DNA of 64,000 nt from Candidatus Daviesbacteria bacterium (GCA_016176465.1 JACOXD010000010.1:71497-135496), one strand, 5' to 3'. Shown: positions 1-10,004, counted from the stretch's first letter. Made by a program: numbers and translations. Notes: generated from the sequence alone by a model not told the origin.

Positions 1-288
1 TTGAGAACGTGGTCCTAAAAATTTTGTTTCACCAATTTCATTATTTAATGGTAATGATTCAAGAGTGCGTGTTAGCAATTCTCTTAAAGGTGTATATTGG
101 GGATCTCCAGGCTGAACAAAAAATATTGTACCAATTCTTTCACATCCTGCCAATTGTGATGGAATATCATTTCGGATTAGTCCTCGACTCCAATTAGGAA
201 AAATCTGGAGTACCGTTACATTTTCATTTGCAGCTGCAAGCAATACTCCCTCTGAAGGGATTGGTCTATTGGTACCTACTTCTGACAT
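1..288 (-). CDS. Hypothetical protein, 5' part only (96 codons; continues beyond the window start). ATG on the minus strand at 286-288.
   Basis: Manual minus-strand translation gives an uninterrupted frame (MSEVGTNRPIPSEGVLLAAANENVTVLQIFPNWSRG...). No recognisable family. Weak RBS. Confidence 0.3.
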   Translation of the reverse strand, partial: MSEVGTNRPIPSEGVLLAAANENVTVLQIFPNWSRGLIRNDIPSQLAGCERIGTIFFVQPGDPQYTPLRELLTRTLESLPLNNEIGETKFLGPRSQ

Positions 289-332
289 TAAAAGGAGTGT
301 AGCACTAAAAGCAGTTTTTTACTATAAATAAA

Positions 333-1880
333 GTGAATAAACAAAATGCACCTCAAAAAATATATACTTGTCCAATGCACTTTTTAGTTAGACACTCTCT
401 ATTTATTCTTCTTTATCTCTTCTTTTTAATTTTTATTTTTCTTACCTTTAAGGATTATGGAATTTCCTGGGATGAAAGTTTTTATCTAAATTCAGGCAAA
501 GTTTATTTTGAGAATTTCTTTAACCCTCAAGAAGTAAGCAAGCTGATTCCACAGTATCATTTAGTTACCCATGGAGCTTTTTTTGATGTTTTGTATTACT
601 TAATACTAAAAATCTTTAATCAAACTAGTAGTTTTGAATTTCTCCATTTAGTTAAAGCGTTATTTGCTTCAATAACTCTAATTTTTATTTACGCTAGCAT
701 TAATATTCTAACTCGCAATCGCTACGTTTCTTTAGTTGGAACCCTACTGTTTATTTTTTCCCCGCGTTGGTTAGGAGATATTTTTGATAATCATATGGAT
801 ATTACTGCCACACTACTTACTTCCATAATAATTCTTCTTTCTTTAAAAATTTTTTCCGATAAAAAATCAGAAATTTGGGGATTGCCTTTATATGGATTAG
901 TATCTGCTATTGCTTTTTCCCATAGAGTAATATTAATTATTTTCCCAGCACTTTTTATTTATCTATACATTTTTAAAAAATTTAAAAAAGAGGAACTTAA
1001 TAGTAATTATATTGGGTTTATACTTAGTTTTTTAGTTTTTATTGCAGCGCTATTTTTGACTGATCCCTACATAAGGATAAATGGGTTATTAGGAATAGTG
1101 GAAAAAGCGATTTACTTTACTTTTTTCAATAAGGATATAACAATTTTATTTGAAGGAAAATTTTATCCGGCAACGAATCTTCCTTGGTATTATTTTGTTA
1201 AACAAATATTAATTACTTCCCCGCTAATTATAATTTTCTTAACAATAAGTGGAGCTCTTTTTATGATAAAAAAATTCATTAATTTAGGGTTTATTAAAAC
1301 CACAAGTCATATTTACTTATTGATGTCTTTATATATAATTTTTGTCTTAGTTTATATTTTTAAGCCAGTAACTTTTGATTCTTGGCGCCACTTTTTATTT
1401 TTAATAGTACCGATGGTTTTAATAGCAGCCTTGGGGCTAAATTTCATTTTTCAAAGTAGGAGGATCTATTTAAAACTTATTTTTATTTTACTTGTGGTTA
1501 ATTCTATCTTAGTAATAAAAGATGTTTATGGTTTATATCCTTACCACTATATGTATTTTAATGAGTTAATTGGTGGAATAAAGGGAGCGTACAAAAATTA
1601 TGAGACTGAGTATTGGGGAAAAAGTTATAAAGAAGCAATTTTATGGCTTAAAGAAAATGAAATAAAAGAAACTAAATTATATAAATTAGCAACCTGCAGC
1701 AACCCAACACAGTCCGCCTATTATTTTGCGGATAACATGATACATACAAAAAATCTAGGGGAAGCAGATTATTTTATTTGTATTACCAAAAATAATGAAC
1801 ACAATAAAGTTGGGGGAGAAATTGTACATACTGTTATCAGAGAAGGTGTACCCTTGAATTTTATAAAGAAGATGGATTAA
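333..1880 (+). CDS. Polytopic membrane glycosyltransferase of the GT-C fold (ArnT/PMT, GT39/GT83-like).
   Basis: About 12 predicted TM helices. The first periplasmic loop carries a D-E motif (DYGISWDESFY). Size and architecture are typical of ArnT/PMT-family transferases common in CPR genomes. Confidence 0.5.
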   Translation: MNKQNAPQKIYTCPMHFLVRHSLFILLYLFFLIFIFLTFKDYGISWDESFYLNSGKVYFENFFNPQEVSKLIPQYHLVTHGAFFDVLYYLILKIFNQTSSFEFLHLVKALFASITLIFIYASINILTRNRYVSLVGTLLFIFSPRWLGDIFDNHMDITATLLTSIIILLSLKIFSDKKSEIWGLPLYGLVSAIAFSHRVILIIFPALFIYLYIFKKFKKEELNSNYIGFILSFLVFIAALFLTDPYIRINGLLGIVEKAIYFTFFNKDITILFEGKFYPATNLPWYYFVKQILITSPLIIIFLTISGALFMIKKFINLGFIKTTSHIYLLMSLYIIFVLVYIFKPVTFDSWRHFLFLIVPMVLIAALGLNFIFQSRRIYLKLIFILLVVNSILVIKDVYGLYPYHYMYFNELIGGIKGAYKNYETEYWGKSYKEAILWLKENEIKETKLYKLATCSNPTQSAYYFADNMIHTKNLGEADYFICITKNNEHNKVGGEIVHTVIREGVPLNFIKKMD

Positions 1881-1889
1881 AATTCCTAC

Positions 1890-2258
1890 ATGGAATTCCA
1901 TTTAGCCACAGCTGAATATTTAGTCAATTTCTTAGAAAATAAATTTAAATTTTTTAAATTTAAATTTGGTATGGAACCTATTATAGGGATGATACCCATT
2001 TTTGGAGATTTACTATCGCTTTTACTTTCACTTTATCTAGTATGGATAGGTATGAAAATGAAAATACCAGAGGAAGCAATGTCGAAAATGTTAGGAAATA
2101 TTTTCTTAGATTTTTTTATAGGGATAATCCCAATTTTTGGAGATGTAGCAGATTTTGTTTACAGAGCTAATAGCAAAAACTTAGAGATTTTAAAACAATA
2201 TAGCACCATTATTGAAGGTGAAATAGTTCCTAAGAAAAAAACTTTAGCTGTTGGCTAA
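1890..2258 (+). CDS. Small membrane protein, DUF4112-like.
   Basis: Duplicated PIIGxIPIFGD motif with two hydrophobic segments. Confidence 0.45.
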   Translation: MEFHLATAEYLVNFLENKFKFFKFKFGMEPIIGMIPIFGDLLSLLLSLYLVWIGMKMKIPEEAMSKMLGNIFLDFFIGIIPIFGDVADFVYRANSKNLEILKQYSTIIEGEIVPKKKTLAVG

Positions 2259-3760
2259 TAATTTGACTCCAAATAGACATCATCCGATTGAGGCTGGTTT
2301 TTATAAAGTGTATTTCCATTAAGTAAAAGACCGACCTCTTTTGTTGATAAAATTTTTACTACTTTTCCTTTTTTTGAGTTTAAGTAGGATCTTAAAATTT
2401 TATAGGTATCTATATCAAAAAAGTAATCATTTTCTTCAAAATCCATATTATTAAGTGAAACTTTAACCCGTCCTAAAAAGCACCAGTTATCAAATAAAAA
2501 ACCCTCCTCATACTCTTCACCTAGATTTTTTTCCACAATTAAAATTGCACCATTATATGGCCAATTTTTTATCTTAGAATCTAAGAAAGCTTCATCAAAC
2601 CTTAAATTATATTTTTTGATATTTTCTTTCCCAATACAAGCCCCGCCGCAGCGGTTTAATCGATAGGCAAAACAAGCACCTTTAGTATTTTCCAAATTAA
2701 GCAGTTTTTCACAAAGGGATTTTTCATTAGCAATAAAAATCAAATACTTTTTTGCCTGGTTTTTATTTTTAAAGACTCCAAGAACTTTACTTAAATTAAT
2801 TAATTCAACACTATCTAAAGATTCCATTTTCGCAGTTTTAAACCTACTCCCACCAACATTTTCTACTAAAGCTATTAAATTTTTATTTACCCTTAGTTTA
2901 CGATTGTATAGAGGTTGCAATTTTTTAATTAAACTACTTTCTTGTATCAAAGCTCCTAGTTCTCCATTAGTTTGAATTGTTTCAATACTTTCAACTTGTT
3001 GAGAGATTTTCATCTCCAGTGATGAGGAATGATTATTGGAGAAATGAGAAAGTACTCTTTCTTTTATATTAATGCTTTTACCAACGTAGAGTGGTGCACC
3101 GTTCGCTCCATAAAAAATATAAACCCCAAAAGATTCTGGTAAAGAATCTAGCGTTTTTACATCTATATTTACTGGACGGGAAGGTCTTTTTAAAACTTGA
3201 TTTAGCGCTAAAATAATTTTTTCCTTGGATAAACTTTTAAGTATTATTTGGTAAAACTCCCAAAGTATGGAAGCATCATCAAAAGCGCGGTGACGGTTTG
3301 AGCAGTTAAAATTAAAACGCTCAATTAATGCATCTAAATTGTGATGTTTAAAACGAGGAAAGAGCGCTTTTGATAATTTAACTGTACAAAAATGCTTTGG
3401 CGAAAAATCTATGTCTAGTCTTTTAAATTCTGCCTTTAAAAAGCCATAATCAAAGCGGACGTTATGAGCAACAAATATAGAATCACCAATAGCTTCACTT
3501 ATTTCATCCTTTATTTCTCTAAAAGTTGGGGCGTGATCTAGCTCCTGGTCAGTAATTCCGGTTAAAAGGCTGATTTCGTTGGGGAGATGATGCTCTGGGT
3601 TTATTAAGCTATGGAAAGTTTTTGTTAGGTTATAGTTAATGGGATCTTCATTATCTTTTTCTACTTGCAAAATACCAATCTCAATAATGCGATCAAAGTT
3701 AAACCGCATTCCAGTTGTTTCAATATCTACAAAGACGATTTTATCAGGCAAGGCAGCCAT
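2255..3760 (-). CDS. DnaQ-like DEDDh 3'-5' exonuclease fused to a GIY-YIG (UvrC/Cho-like) nuclease domain.
   Basis: N-terminus VFVDIETTG ... FVAHNVRFDYGFL ... HRAFDDA gives exo motifs I-III. The central GVYIFYGANGAPLYVGKSINIKERVLSHF is a GIY-YIG motif. Confidence 0.7.
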   Translation of the reverse strand: MAALPDKIVFVDIETTGMRFNFDRIIEIGILQVEKDNEDPINYNLTKTFHSLINPEHHLPNEISLLTGITDQELDHAPTFREIKDEISEAIGDSIFVAHNVRFDYGFLKAEFKRLDIDFSPKHFCTVKLSKALFPRFKHHNLDALIERFNFNCSNRHRAFDDASILWEFYQIILKSLSKEKIILALNQVLKRPSRPVNIDVKTLDSLPESFGVYIFYGANGAPLYVGKSINIKERVLSHFSNNHSSSLEMKISQQVESIETIQTNGELGALIQESSLIKKLQPLYNRKLRVNKNLIALVENVGGSRFKTAKMESLDSVELINLSKVLGVFKNKNQAKKYLIFIANEKSLCEKLLNLENTKGACFAYRLNRCGGACIGKENIKKYNLRFDEAFLDSKIKNWPYNGAILIVEKNLGEEYEEGFLFDNWCFLGRVKVSLNNMDFEENDYFFDIDTYKILRSYLNSKKGKVVKILSTKEVGLLLNGNTLYKNQPQSDDVYLESNY

Positions 3761-3912
3761 AAGCAGAGCTTAAAAATAACAGATTGCTAAAAAAAGGTCA
3801 ATTCTTTCTATAAGGAGTTAAATAAATGTAAGAATTTGATTCAGTAATGATTAATTTGGTTGTCAAACGAATAGATTTAGTATAAAATTTGTAAGAAATC
3901 TGTAAGAAGTCT

Positions 3913-5073
3913 ATGGATGATATTTTGGAGAAGATTTATAAATCAGGGCTTAAGCTTCTTGTTCCCTCCACACCAGAAATGATATATTCCATTATAGTGA
4001 AGGAAGCAATTAAATTAGTAGGGGCAGATATTGGGACTATTCATTTAGAATTAGGAGGTATATTTATGCCTGTATACTCTACGGTCCCGAGTTTCTATGG
4101 TATAAAACCGCGAAAAAGGGGAAATACCTATAAAACATTTATTAATAGGAAACCGAGAATTGTAGAGACATCTAAATTACAAAAAATACACCCTGCAATG
4201 CGGGGAGTAAATGTAAATTCATCAATTTTGATACCTTTATCTTATCAAAACAAGGCTATAGGTGTTTTAAGCGTAGACAGTAAGAAAGAACAGAAATTTA
4301 GTGAGCGAGAGTTAGAGATATTAGTACTTTTTGGTTCGTTGGCGAGTCTAGCGATCAGAAAAACCCAACTTTATGATGAAACTAAAAAGGCGCTAGATTC
4401 AAGGGACCTTTTTATCTCTATGGCAGCACATGAATTTAGAACCCCACTTACCACAATTCAGGGTTATGTTCAGCTTCTCTGGTCAAAGATGAAAAATTCT
4501 AATTCATCCGAATTTCGCTGGGTAGAACAATTAAAATGGGAAACCTCAAGACTAATTCAGTTAGTAAATGAACTATTAGTTGTTGATAGAATCAAGGAGG
4601 GTAACCTTCAATATCTTTGGAAAGAATGCCATCTAGGGGAGATTATAGCTAGAGCAGAAAATAATTTTAAATTTGTACATTCTAATCATAAGATTAGGAT
4701 AAATAACCAGCTAAGTAATAAAGCAGATATAGTAATTGGTGATTTTGATAAACTCCTTCAGACAATAGATAATTTACTTGATAATGCTACTAAATTCTCT
4801 CCTGCCCATTCTATTATTGAATTAAATCTCAAGCATAGGTCTCCTTATTTTACTCTGGAAATTAAAGATTCAGGAAAAGGTATTGATAAAAAAGATCTTC
4901 CCAAAATATTTGAAAATTATTACCGAGGAATTGGCCATAAAAGAGAAGGTATGGGGCTTGGTTTGTACCTTGCAAAAAATATTATTGAGAAGCATCATGG
5001 TGAGATTCGTGTCAAATCTAAATCCCAAAGAGGAACCAGCGTAATAGTTAAACTCCCGGAGGCAAGAATATAG
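3913..5073 (+). CDS. Cytoplasmic sensor histidine kinase (GAF-HisKA-HATPase_c).
   Basis: N-terminal GAF-like domain. H-box SMAAHEFRTPLTTIQGY. N, G1 and G2 boxes (DNLLDNATKFS, GKGIDKKD, GMGLGLYLAK). No TM segment. Confidence 0.8.
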   Translation: MDDILEKIYKSGLKLLVPSTPEMIYSIIVKEAIKLVGADIGTIHLELGGIFMPVYSTVPSFYGIKPRKRGNTYKTFINRKPRIVETSKLQKIHPAMRGVNVNSSILIPLSYQNKAIGVLSVDSKKEQKFSERELEILVLFGSLASLAIRKTQLYDETKKALDSRDLFISMAAHEFRTPLTTIQGYVQLLWSKMKNSNSSEFRWVEQLKWETSRLIQLVNELLVVDRIKEGNLQYLWKECHLGEIIARAENNFKFVHSNHKIRINNQLSNKADIVIGDFDKLLQTIDNLLDNATKFSPAHSIIELNLKHRSPYFTLEIKDSGKGIDKKDLPKIFENYYRGIGHKREGMGLGLYLAKNIIEKHHGEIRVKSKSQRGTSVIVKLPEARI

Positions 5074-6284
5074 TGGAAATGGAAATGATTGGTACTCAAC
5101 AGCAGCATTTTGCTATTTATCAGCTAATCAAACTAACTAGAGGGATTGAAATTTGGAATAATGTGCAAAATGCAGAAAATAAAGAAGGTTTGTGGATAGA
5201 TTTAACTGAAGGCATTGATTTGCTTGAGACTGGAGGTTTAGTTACATATGAAGTTTTAGGAAGAAGTGGTTCGGGAAAAGGATCTACGATGATGGGATAT
5301 TGGGCGCTTTTTAATAATCGCTTACTAAGGCAACATTTCCAGGATCAAAACATAGATTTTCGTGTAGCTAGCATCCCATTTTCTTTATGTGCTGTAGCCT
5401 GTCAATTTGCTAGCTTTCCACAATTACGAAACAGAATTCCCACTCGTTTCTGGGTAGATCCTTCTTCTCATCATGGGAATTTTAGTTGGGAAGATGAAAG
5501 AACTTTTTCCGACTTTCAGTGGTGGCTTTATGAGACTGAGGTTTTAGCAAGACAGAGTCAAAATCTCAATCAAGCAACTGTCGCGCTAATAGAGACAGGT
5601 GCACCAACTGCTATTCCTACTCAGAGATATTTTCTTACACCTGCGGAAACAGTTACAGTTAAAGGCAAACTTGATATGGGAATAAGTACATTTGTCAAAG
5701 TTGCAGTTGATCCAAGAAGCTCTGAGAGTGTTTTTGCTTATTTGTTTAACAGGAATCAAACTGTAGGCAGATTTGTTAAAGGGTATCGAGAAAATATAGG
5801 GAAAGCTCGATCGAATTTAGAGCGTACTTACGAGGGTGATGTAAGAAATGTTATACAAATGAAAGGTAAAAGAAGACTGGTAGAACAGTTATCAGATCCA
5901 ATCAAAGAGGTACTGAGATTATTTCAGAGAGCTTGTGTTGCACCAATTGAAGGAATTGAAAGGTTTGATTGCCTAGTTGATGAGCTTAAAGCTGAGCTTT
6001 TTGTAGCTGGTGAAATACCCACAACTGAAGATTTAGATTTGTTAAAGTTGATTAAAGAACGATTACCTCTCAAAAGCGAAAGGTGTGCGATTTTGTCAAG
6101 TAGTATATTTTCCGGGCGCAAAGATCATAACTTAATGTATTTTTTAGATAGTTTAGTGATGAGACTTTATCCGGAACTATTCCAACTGGTTATTAAAAAG
6201 TATAATCCGGATTTGGGAGATAATTTACCTATTCTTTTAGCATATAACCAAACCCACGGACAGAATGAACTAGTTTTTTATTAA
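5073..6284 (+). CDS. Hypothetical 403-aa protein, translationally coupled to the upstream histidine kinase.
   Basis: A GTG/ATG start overlaps the HK stop (ataGTGgaaATGgaaATG). About 45% GC against a roughly 33% background, and arginine-rich. No recognisable motifs; GRSGSGKGST does not fit a Walker A box. Confidence 0.45.
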   Translation: MEMEMIGTQQQHFAIYQLIKLTRGIEIWNNVQNAENKEGLWIDLTEGIDLLETGGLVTYEVLGRSGSGKGSTMMGYWALFNNRLLRQHFQDQNIDFRVASIPFSLCAVACQFASFPQLRNRIPTRFWVDPSSHHGNFSWEDERTFSDFQWWLYETEVLARQSQNLNQATVALIETGAPTAIPTQRYFLTPAETVTVKGKLDMGISTFVKVAVDPRSSESVFAYLFNRNQTVGRFVKGYRENIGKARSNLERTYEGDVRNVIQMKGKRRLVEQLSDPIKEVLRLFQRACVAPIEGIERFDCLVDELKAELFVAGEIPTTEDLDLLKLIKERLPLKSERCAILSSSIFSGRKDHNLMYFLDSLVMRLYPELFQLVIKKYNPDLGDNLPILLAYNQTHGQNELVFY

Positions 6285-6900
6285 ACCCACCATCTATCTT
6301 TTTTCTTAAATAACCCATATAAACATCAACCACCCTGGTTTGGATATCAGTAGAATACAACCAGACTCTATTTAAAATCATCTCCCTAGTTAAAACTCTA
6401 CCTTTATTAGTCATTAAATACTGCAGCAGTTTAAACTCTTGGGGAGTAAGCTGGATTTGCTGTTTAGATCTTTTTACCTCCAGCGTTTCATTGTTTAACT
6501 CCAAATCTCCCACCTCAAGTTTATTATTAGTGCCTTGCTGGAAACGCAATCTGGCTTTTATTCTGGCCAAAAATTCATCAGCAATAAAAGGTTTAGTCAT
6601 ATAATCATCGGCACCTAAATTTAATCCTTGGACAATATCAGAAACTCCATCCCTTGCAGTTAAAATAATAATGGGCAAATCAGGATATTTTTTTCTCACT
6701 TCCATACAAACAGCTTCGCCGCTCATATTTGGTAAACCTAAATCTAGCACTAAAAGATCAGGCTTTAATTTTTCAATTGAATTTAATGCTTCAATACCAT
6801 CTGAGGCGGTTTTTACAAAGTAGCCGTTATCTAATAGAAGCTCTTTGAGATATTTTTGCAGACCCAAATCATCTTCAATAACTAAAACAGTACTTGTCAT
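6229..6900 (-). CDS. OmpR/PhoB-family response regulator (receiver plus winged-helix DNA-binding domain).
   Basis: VLVIEDD ... LVLDLGLPNMSG ... DDYMTKPF receiver motifs with phospho-acceptor Asp. C-terminal wHTH. Convergent with the preceding ORF and overlapping its 3' end by 56 bp. Confidence 0.85.
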   Translation of the reverse strand: MTSTVLVIEDDLGLQKYLKELLLDNGYFVKTASDGIEALNSIEKLKPDLLVLDLGLPNMSGEAVCMEVRKKYPDLPIIILTARDGVSDIVQGLNLGADDYMTKPFIADEFLARIKARLRFQQGTNNKLEVGDLELNNETLEVKRSKQQIQLTPQEFKLLQYLMTNKGRVLTREMILNRVWLYSTDIQTRVVDVYMGYLRKKIDGGFNKKLVHSVRGFGYMLKE

Positions 6901-7036
6901 TTTAAGTGGAATTATAACAACACTGTTACTTTATGACAATAGTTTGCTTACAAATAAAATAATATTTCAATATCAACATAGGCACGTTTCTTACGATTTT
7001 CATACAAACAATCTTAATAGATTTTTATAATCGAAA

Positions 7037-7057
7037 AATCCCGCACGTAGCGGGATT
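7037..7057. promoter_or_regulatory. Perfect 7-bp inverted repeat with a 5-nt spacer (AATCCCGC ACGTA GCGGGATT) in the divergent response-regulator/rpiB promoter region.
   Basis: Read directly from the sequence. No T-run follows, so an operator is more likely than a terminator. Confidence 0.2.
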
Positions 7058-7166
7058 CCTCGAGAGCTCACCTATTCAAAGCAAGCTTATCTAATTTAAT
7101 GGAAAGTAACTTTTCTGTCAATTAAGACAAAATAGATAGAAATATAACATGGTAAAATAGATTTTA

Positions 7167-7637
7167 ATGATCTATCTCGCGACCGACCATGCAGGTTTTG
7201 AACTAAAGGAAAAAGTTAAAGAGTTTTTAAAAAAAGATGGGTATCTGGTTGAGGATTGCGGGGCTTATGAGTTTGATAAAGATGATGATTATCCTGATTT
7301 TATATCCAAAGCAGCAAAAGAGGTATCAAAAGATCCAGAAAACTCTAAGGCAATAATTTTTGGAGGATCAGGACAAGGTGAGGCTATTGTTGCTAATAAG
7401 TATCCCAATATTAGAGCTGTGGTTTATTATGGAAATGGTTCAACTCAACAGCCATTAGAGATGATTCCCCTTACCAGGGAACATAATAATGCCAACGTTT
7501 TATCTTTGGGAGCCAGGTTTATAAGTGAAGAAGTTGCATTAAAGGTAATTAAGTTATGGCTAGATACTCCATTTTCGGGTGATGAAAGACACATAAGAAG
7601 AATAGAAAAAATTAAAAAGATTGAGCAAAGTATCTAA
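7167..7637 (+). CDS. rpiB: Ribose-5-phosphate isomerase B (RpiB/LacAB family, Glu-type active site).
   Basis: MIYLATDHAGFELK ... GGSGQGEAIVANK, the RpiB fold with Glu in place of the catalytic Cys as in mycobacterial RpiB. Confidence 0.85.
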   Translation: MIYLATDHAGFELKEKVKEFLKKDGYLVEDCGAYEFDKDDDYPDFISKAAKEVSKDPENSKAIIFGGSGQGEAIVANKYPNIRAVVYYGNGSTQQPLEMIPLTREHNNANVLSLGARFISEEVALKVIKLWLDTPFSGDERHIRRIEKIKKIEQSI

Positions 7638-8281
7638 TGGTTCAAATTATACCGGCAATATTAGATAAAACATCTGAGGATTTTGAAAAGCATATTAACC
7701 AGCTGAAAGGTTCTGAAGCTTTCAAAGAAGGTTGGGTACATTTTGATTTCGCGGATAATGAATTTGTTCCAAATCATACGATTGGTATTGATATGGTTAA
7801 ACAATTCCCAATTTCACTTAAAAAAGAAGCTCATCTAATGGTGGCTCATCCTTTGGAATGGGTGGAAGGGTTGAAAAAAGCTGAATTTGATAGAGTGATC
7901 TTCCATTTTGAGTCCAAGGATGATATTCAAGAATGTATTAAGGAAATAAAAAATTTAGGTATGGAAGTAGGAATTGCTCTTAATAATGAAACAAAGATTG
8001 AAAAATTAGAACCATTTCAGGATAAAATAGACTTAGTGTTGATAATGGCAATTGTCCCAGGGTTCCAAGGTCAGCCATTTCTTCCACATTCTTTAGAGAA
8101 GATAAAAAAACTAAAAGAAAAAAACTGGCCTGTTGGAATTTCTGTAGATGGTGCAATAAGAGATGAAAATGCTAAGCAATTTGTTGAAGCTGGTGTAGAC
8201 TATTTAGTAATTGGATCATTTTTACTGAAAGGATATATTGATGAAAATGTTGAAAAAATTTGGGAAGCTATTAACTCATAA
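7637..8281 (+). CDS. rpe: Ribulose-phosphate 3-epimerase.
   Basis: IIPAIL ... HFDFADNEFVPNHTIG ... VDGAI motifs. Its start overlaps the rpiB stop (ATGA). Confidence 0.85.
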   Translation: MVQIIPAILDKTSEDFEKHINQLKGSEAFKEGWVHFDFADNEFVPNHTIGIDMVKQFPISLKKEAHLMVAHPLEWVEGLKKAEFDRVIFHFESKDDIQECIKEIKNLGMEVGIALNNETKIEKLEPFQDKIDLVLIMAIVPGFQGQPFLPHSLEKIKKLKEKNWPVGISVDGAIRDENAKQFVEAGVDYLVIGSFLLKGYIDENVEKIWEAINS

Positions 8282-8906
8282 ACCAAAACCTGAAAAGGCG
8301 CGCAGCATACAACAGATTGCGATATTTGGCTCATCACACGCTAAGCCTGAAAGCAAGGTGGTAATGGATGCCTATAAAGTTTGCAAACAGTTGGCTGAGG
8401 CTGGATATATCATTGTTAATGGTGGAGGTCCTGGAGTTATGAGAGCTGCAACACTCGGTGCAAAAGACGGGGGAGGAAAAGTTATAGGGGTAACTTTATA
8501 TCCAAAAGATATCCCTCATTTTGAAGGGAGAGACCCATCAAACCTATTTGATGTAGAGATCAAAACTAAAACTTATGTAGAGCGAACTTTGGCATTAATG
8601 AAAGAGGGACAAGTTTATATTGTTTTTAATGGAGGTACTGGAACTATATCTGAATTTGGGATGGCATGGGGATTGGCTAGGATTTATTTTGGGCACCATA
8701 AACCACTTATTTTGTATGGTAATTTTTGGAAAAAAATAATTCATGCCTTCAAGCAAAATATGATCATTGTTCCTGAGGAGCTACAGGTATATAAAATTGC
8801 TGATGATCCTGATGGTGTATTAAGAGAAATTAAGGATTTTGAAGATGAGATAGCAAAAGGTAAACACAAGCATCTTAAAACTACAAAAGGGGATTATAAT
8901 TTATAA
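8238..8906 (+). CDS. LOG-family (TIGR00730) nucleotide 5'-monophosphate nucleosidase / Rossmann-fold protein.
   Basis: IAIFGSS ... VNGGGPGVM ... GGTGTISEF, the LOG/YvdD signature. Confidence 0.75.
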   Translation: MMKMLKKFGKLLTHKPKPEKARSIQQIAIFGSSHAKPESKVVMDAYKVCKQLAEAGYIIVNGGGPGVMRAATLGAKDGGGKVIGVTLYPKDIPHFEGRDPSNLFDVEIKTKTYVERTLALMKEGQVYIVFNGGTGTISEFGMAWGLARIYFGHHKPLILYGNFWKKIIHAFKQNMIIVPEELQVYKIADDPDGVLREIKDFEDEIAKGKHKHLKTTKGDYNL

Positions 8907-8914
8907 TTGTTGGC

Positions 8915-9062
8915 TCGTCACAGCACAAAAAACCATTCGCGCTGTTTGGTATAAACTCCAGCTAAGAATTCTGCGCTCATTTGAAGCTCGTTAATCACCA
9001 AGTATCTGCAGGACTAACTCGCTACATTTTTTGTTGCTTGTGACTTCGCCACCTGCTAAGAT
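8915..9062. repeat. MITE-like repeat, family B, copy 1 (about 150 bp).
   Basis: Shares blocks with 17118-17300: GCTCGTCAC...AAAAAACC.TTCGC...CTCA.TTGAAG...CGCTACATTTTTT.TTGCTTGTGACTTC.C. The ends form an imperfect inverted repeat around GTCAC. Confidence 0.45.
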
Positions 9063-9084
9063 AAATTTATCCAAATTTTAAATT

Positions 9085-9972
9085 ATGTCTTTAACCCCCC
9101 ATGAACTGCAAAAATTAGAAAAAATTGCCAATGATATTAGGGAAGATATCATTGAGATGTTAGTCGCTGCTGGTTCAGGCCATTCTGCAGGACCTTTAGG
9201 GATGGCAGATATATTTAGTGCGCTCTATTTTAATATTTTAAAACATGATCCTAAAAATCCTAATTGGATTAATCGGGATAGATTAATTTTATCAAATGGT
9301 CATATCTGTCCTGTAAGGTATGCTGCCATGGCTCATGCTGGTTATTTACCCATCTCTGAGCTTAAAACTTTAAGAAAGCTTGGGAGCAGGTTACAAGGTC
9401 ACCCACACAGAACTGCTTTGCCTGGAGTAGAAACAACATCTGGCCCTTTGGGTTCAGGCTTATCCCAAGCTTGTGGTTTAGCTTTAGCTGGCAAGATGGA
9501 TCAAGCTAAATGGAGAGTTATTTGTTTAATGAGTGATGGGGAACAGGATGCAGGAAATACTTGGGAAGCAGTAATGCTGGCTGCTAAATATAAACTCCAT
9601 AATTTAACTGCCCTTATAGATAGAAATAATATTCAAATTGATGGATTTACAGAAGATGTGATGCCACTTGAGCCTTTAGTTGATAAATATAAAGCCTTTG
9701 GTTGGCATGTTTTAGAGATAGATGGACACAATTTTCAAGCTATTATAGATGCTTTTAATGAAGCCAAAGCAATTTTTGAAAAACCCACAGTTGTTATTGC
9801 TCATACAATTCCGGGTAAAGGAGTAAGCTACATGGAAAGTGACTATAAATGGCATGGCAGCCCACCTGGAATCTCTGATATGCCAGGTGAACCACCAAAA
9901 AAAGAGCAAGTTAGTATTGCTTTAAAAGAGTTAAGAACTCTTGGAGGGAAAATAAAATCAGAACATGAATAA
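9085..9972 (+). CDS. tktA: Transketolase N-terminal subunit (thiamine-diphosphate-binding domain).
   Basis: GHSAGPLGMADI ... GSGLSQACGLALA ... LMSDGEQDAGNTWEA, the TPP-binding motifs of a split transketolase. Confidence 0.85.
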   Translation: MSLTPHELQKLEKIANDIREDIIEMLVAAGSGHSAGPLGMADIFSALYFNILKHDPKNPNWINRDRLILSNGHICPVRYAAMAHAGYLPISELKTLRKLGSRLQGHPHRTALPGVETTSGPLGSGLSQACGLALAGKMDQAKWRVICLMSDGEQDAGNTWEAVMLAAKYKLHNLTALIDRNNIQIDGFTEDVMPLEPLVDKYKAFGWHVLEIDGHNFQAIIDAFNEAKAIFEKPTVVIAHTIPGKGVSYMESDYKWHGSPPGISDMPGEPPKKEQVSIALKELRTLGGKIKSEHE

Positions 9973-10004
9973 GTTTGATTTAAGATTAAAAATTTACGAT
10001 TTAA

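Noticed and set aside
9-197. 62-aa plus-strand ORF at the window start
   Set aside because: It overlaps a better-supported minus-strand partial gene in the same region (start at 288) and has no RBS. It is likely spurious.
5250-5290. Possible P-loop (GRSGSGKGST) in the HK-coupled ORFan
   Set aside because: It does not fit GxxxxGK[ST] in any register, and no Walker B motif is evident.
5924-6121. 65-aa minus-strand ORF inside the 403-aa ORFan
   Set aside because: It is fully embedded antisense in a longer ORF in GC-rich DNA, and is most likely a chance ORF.
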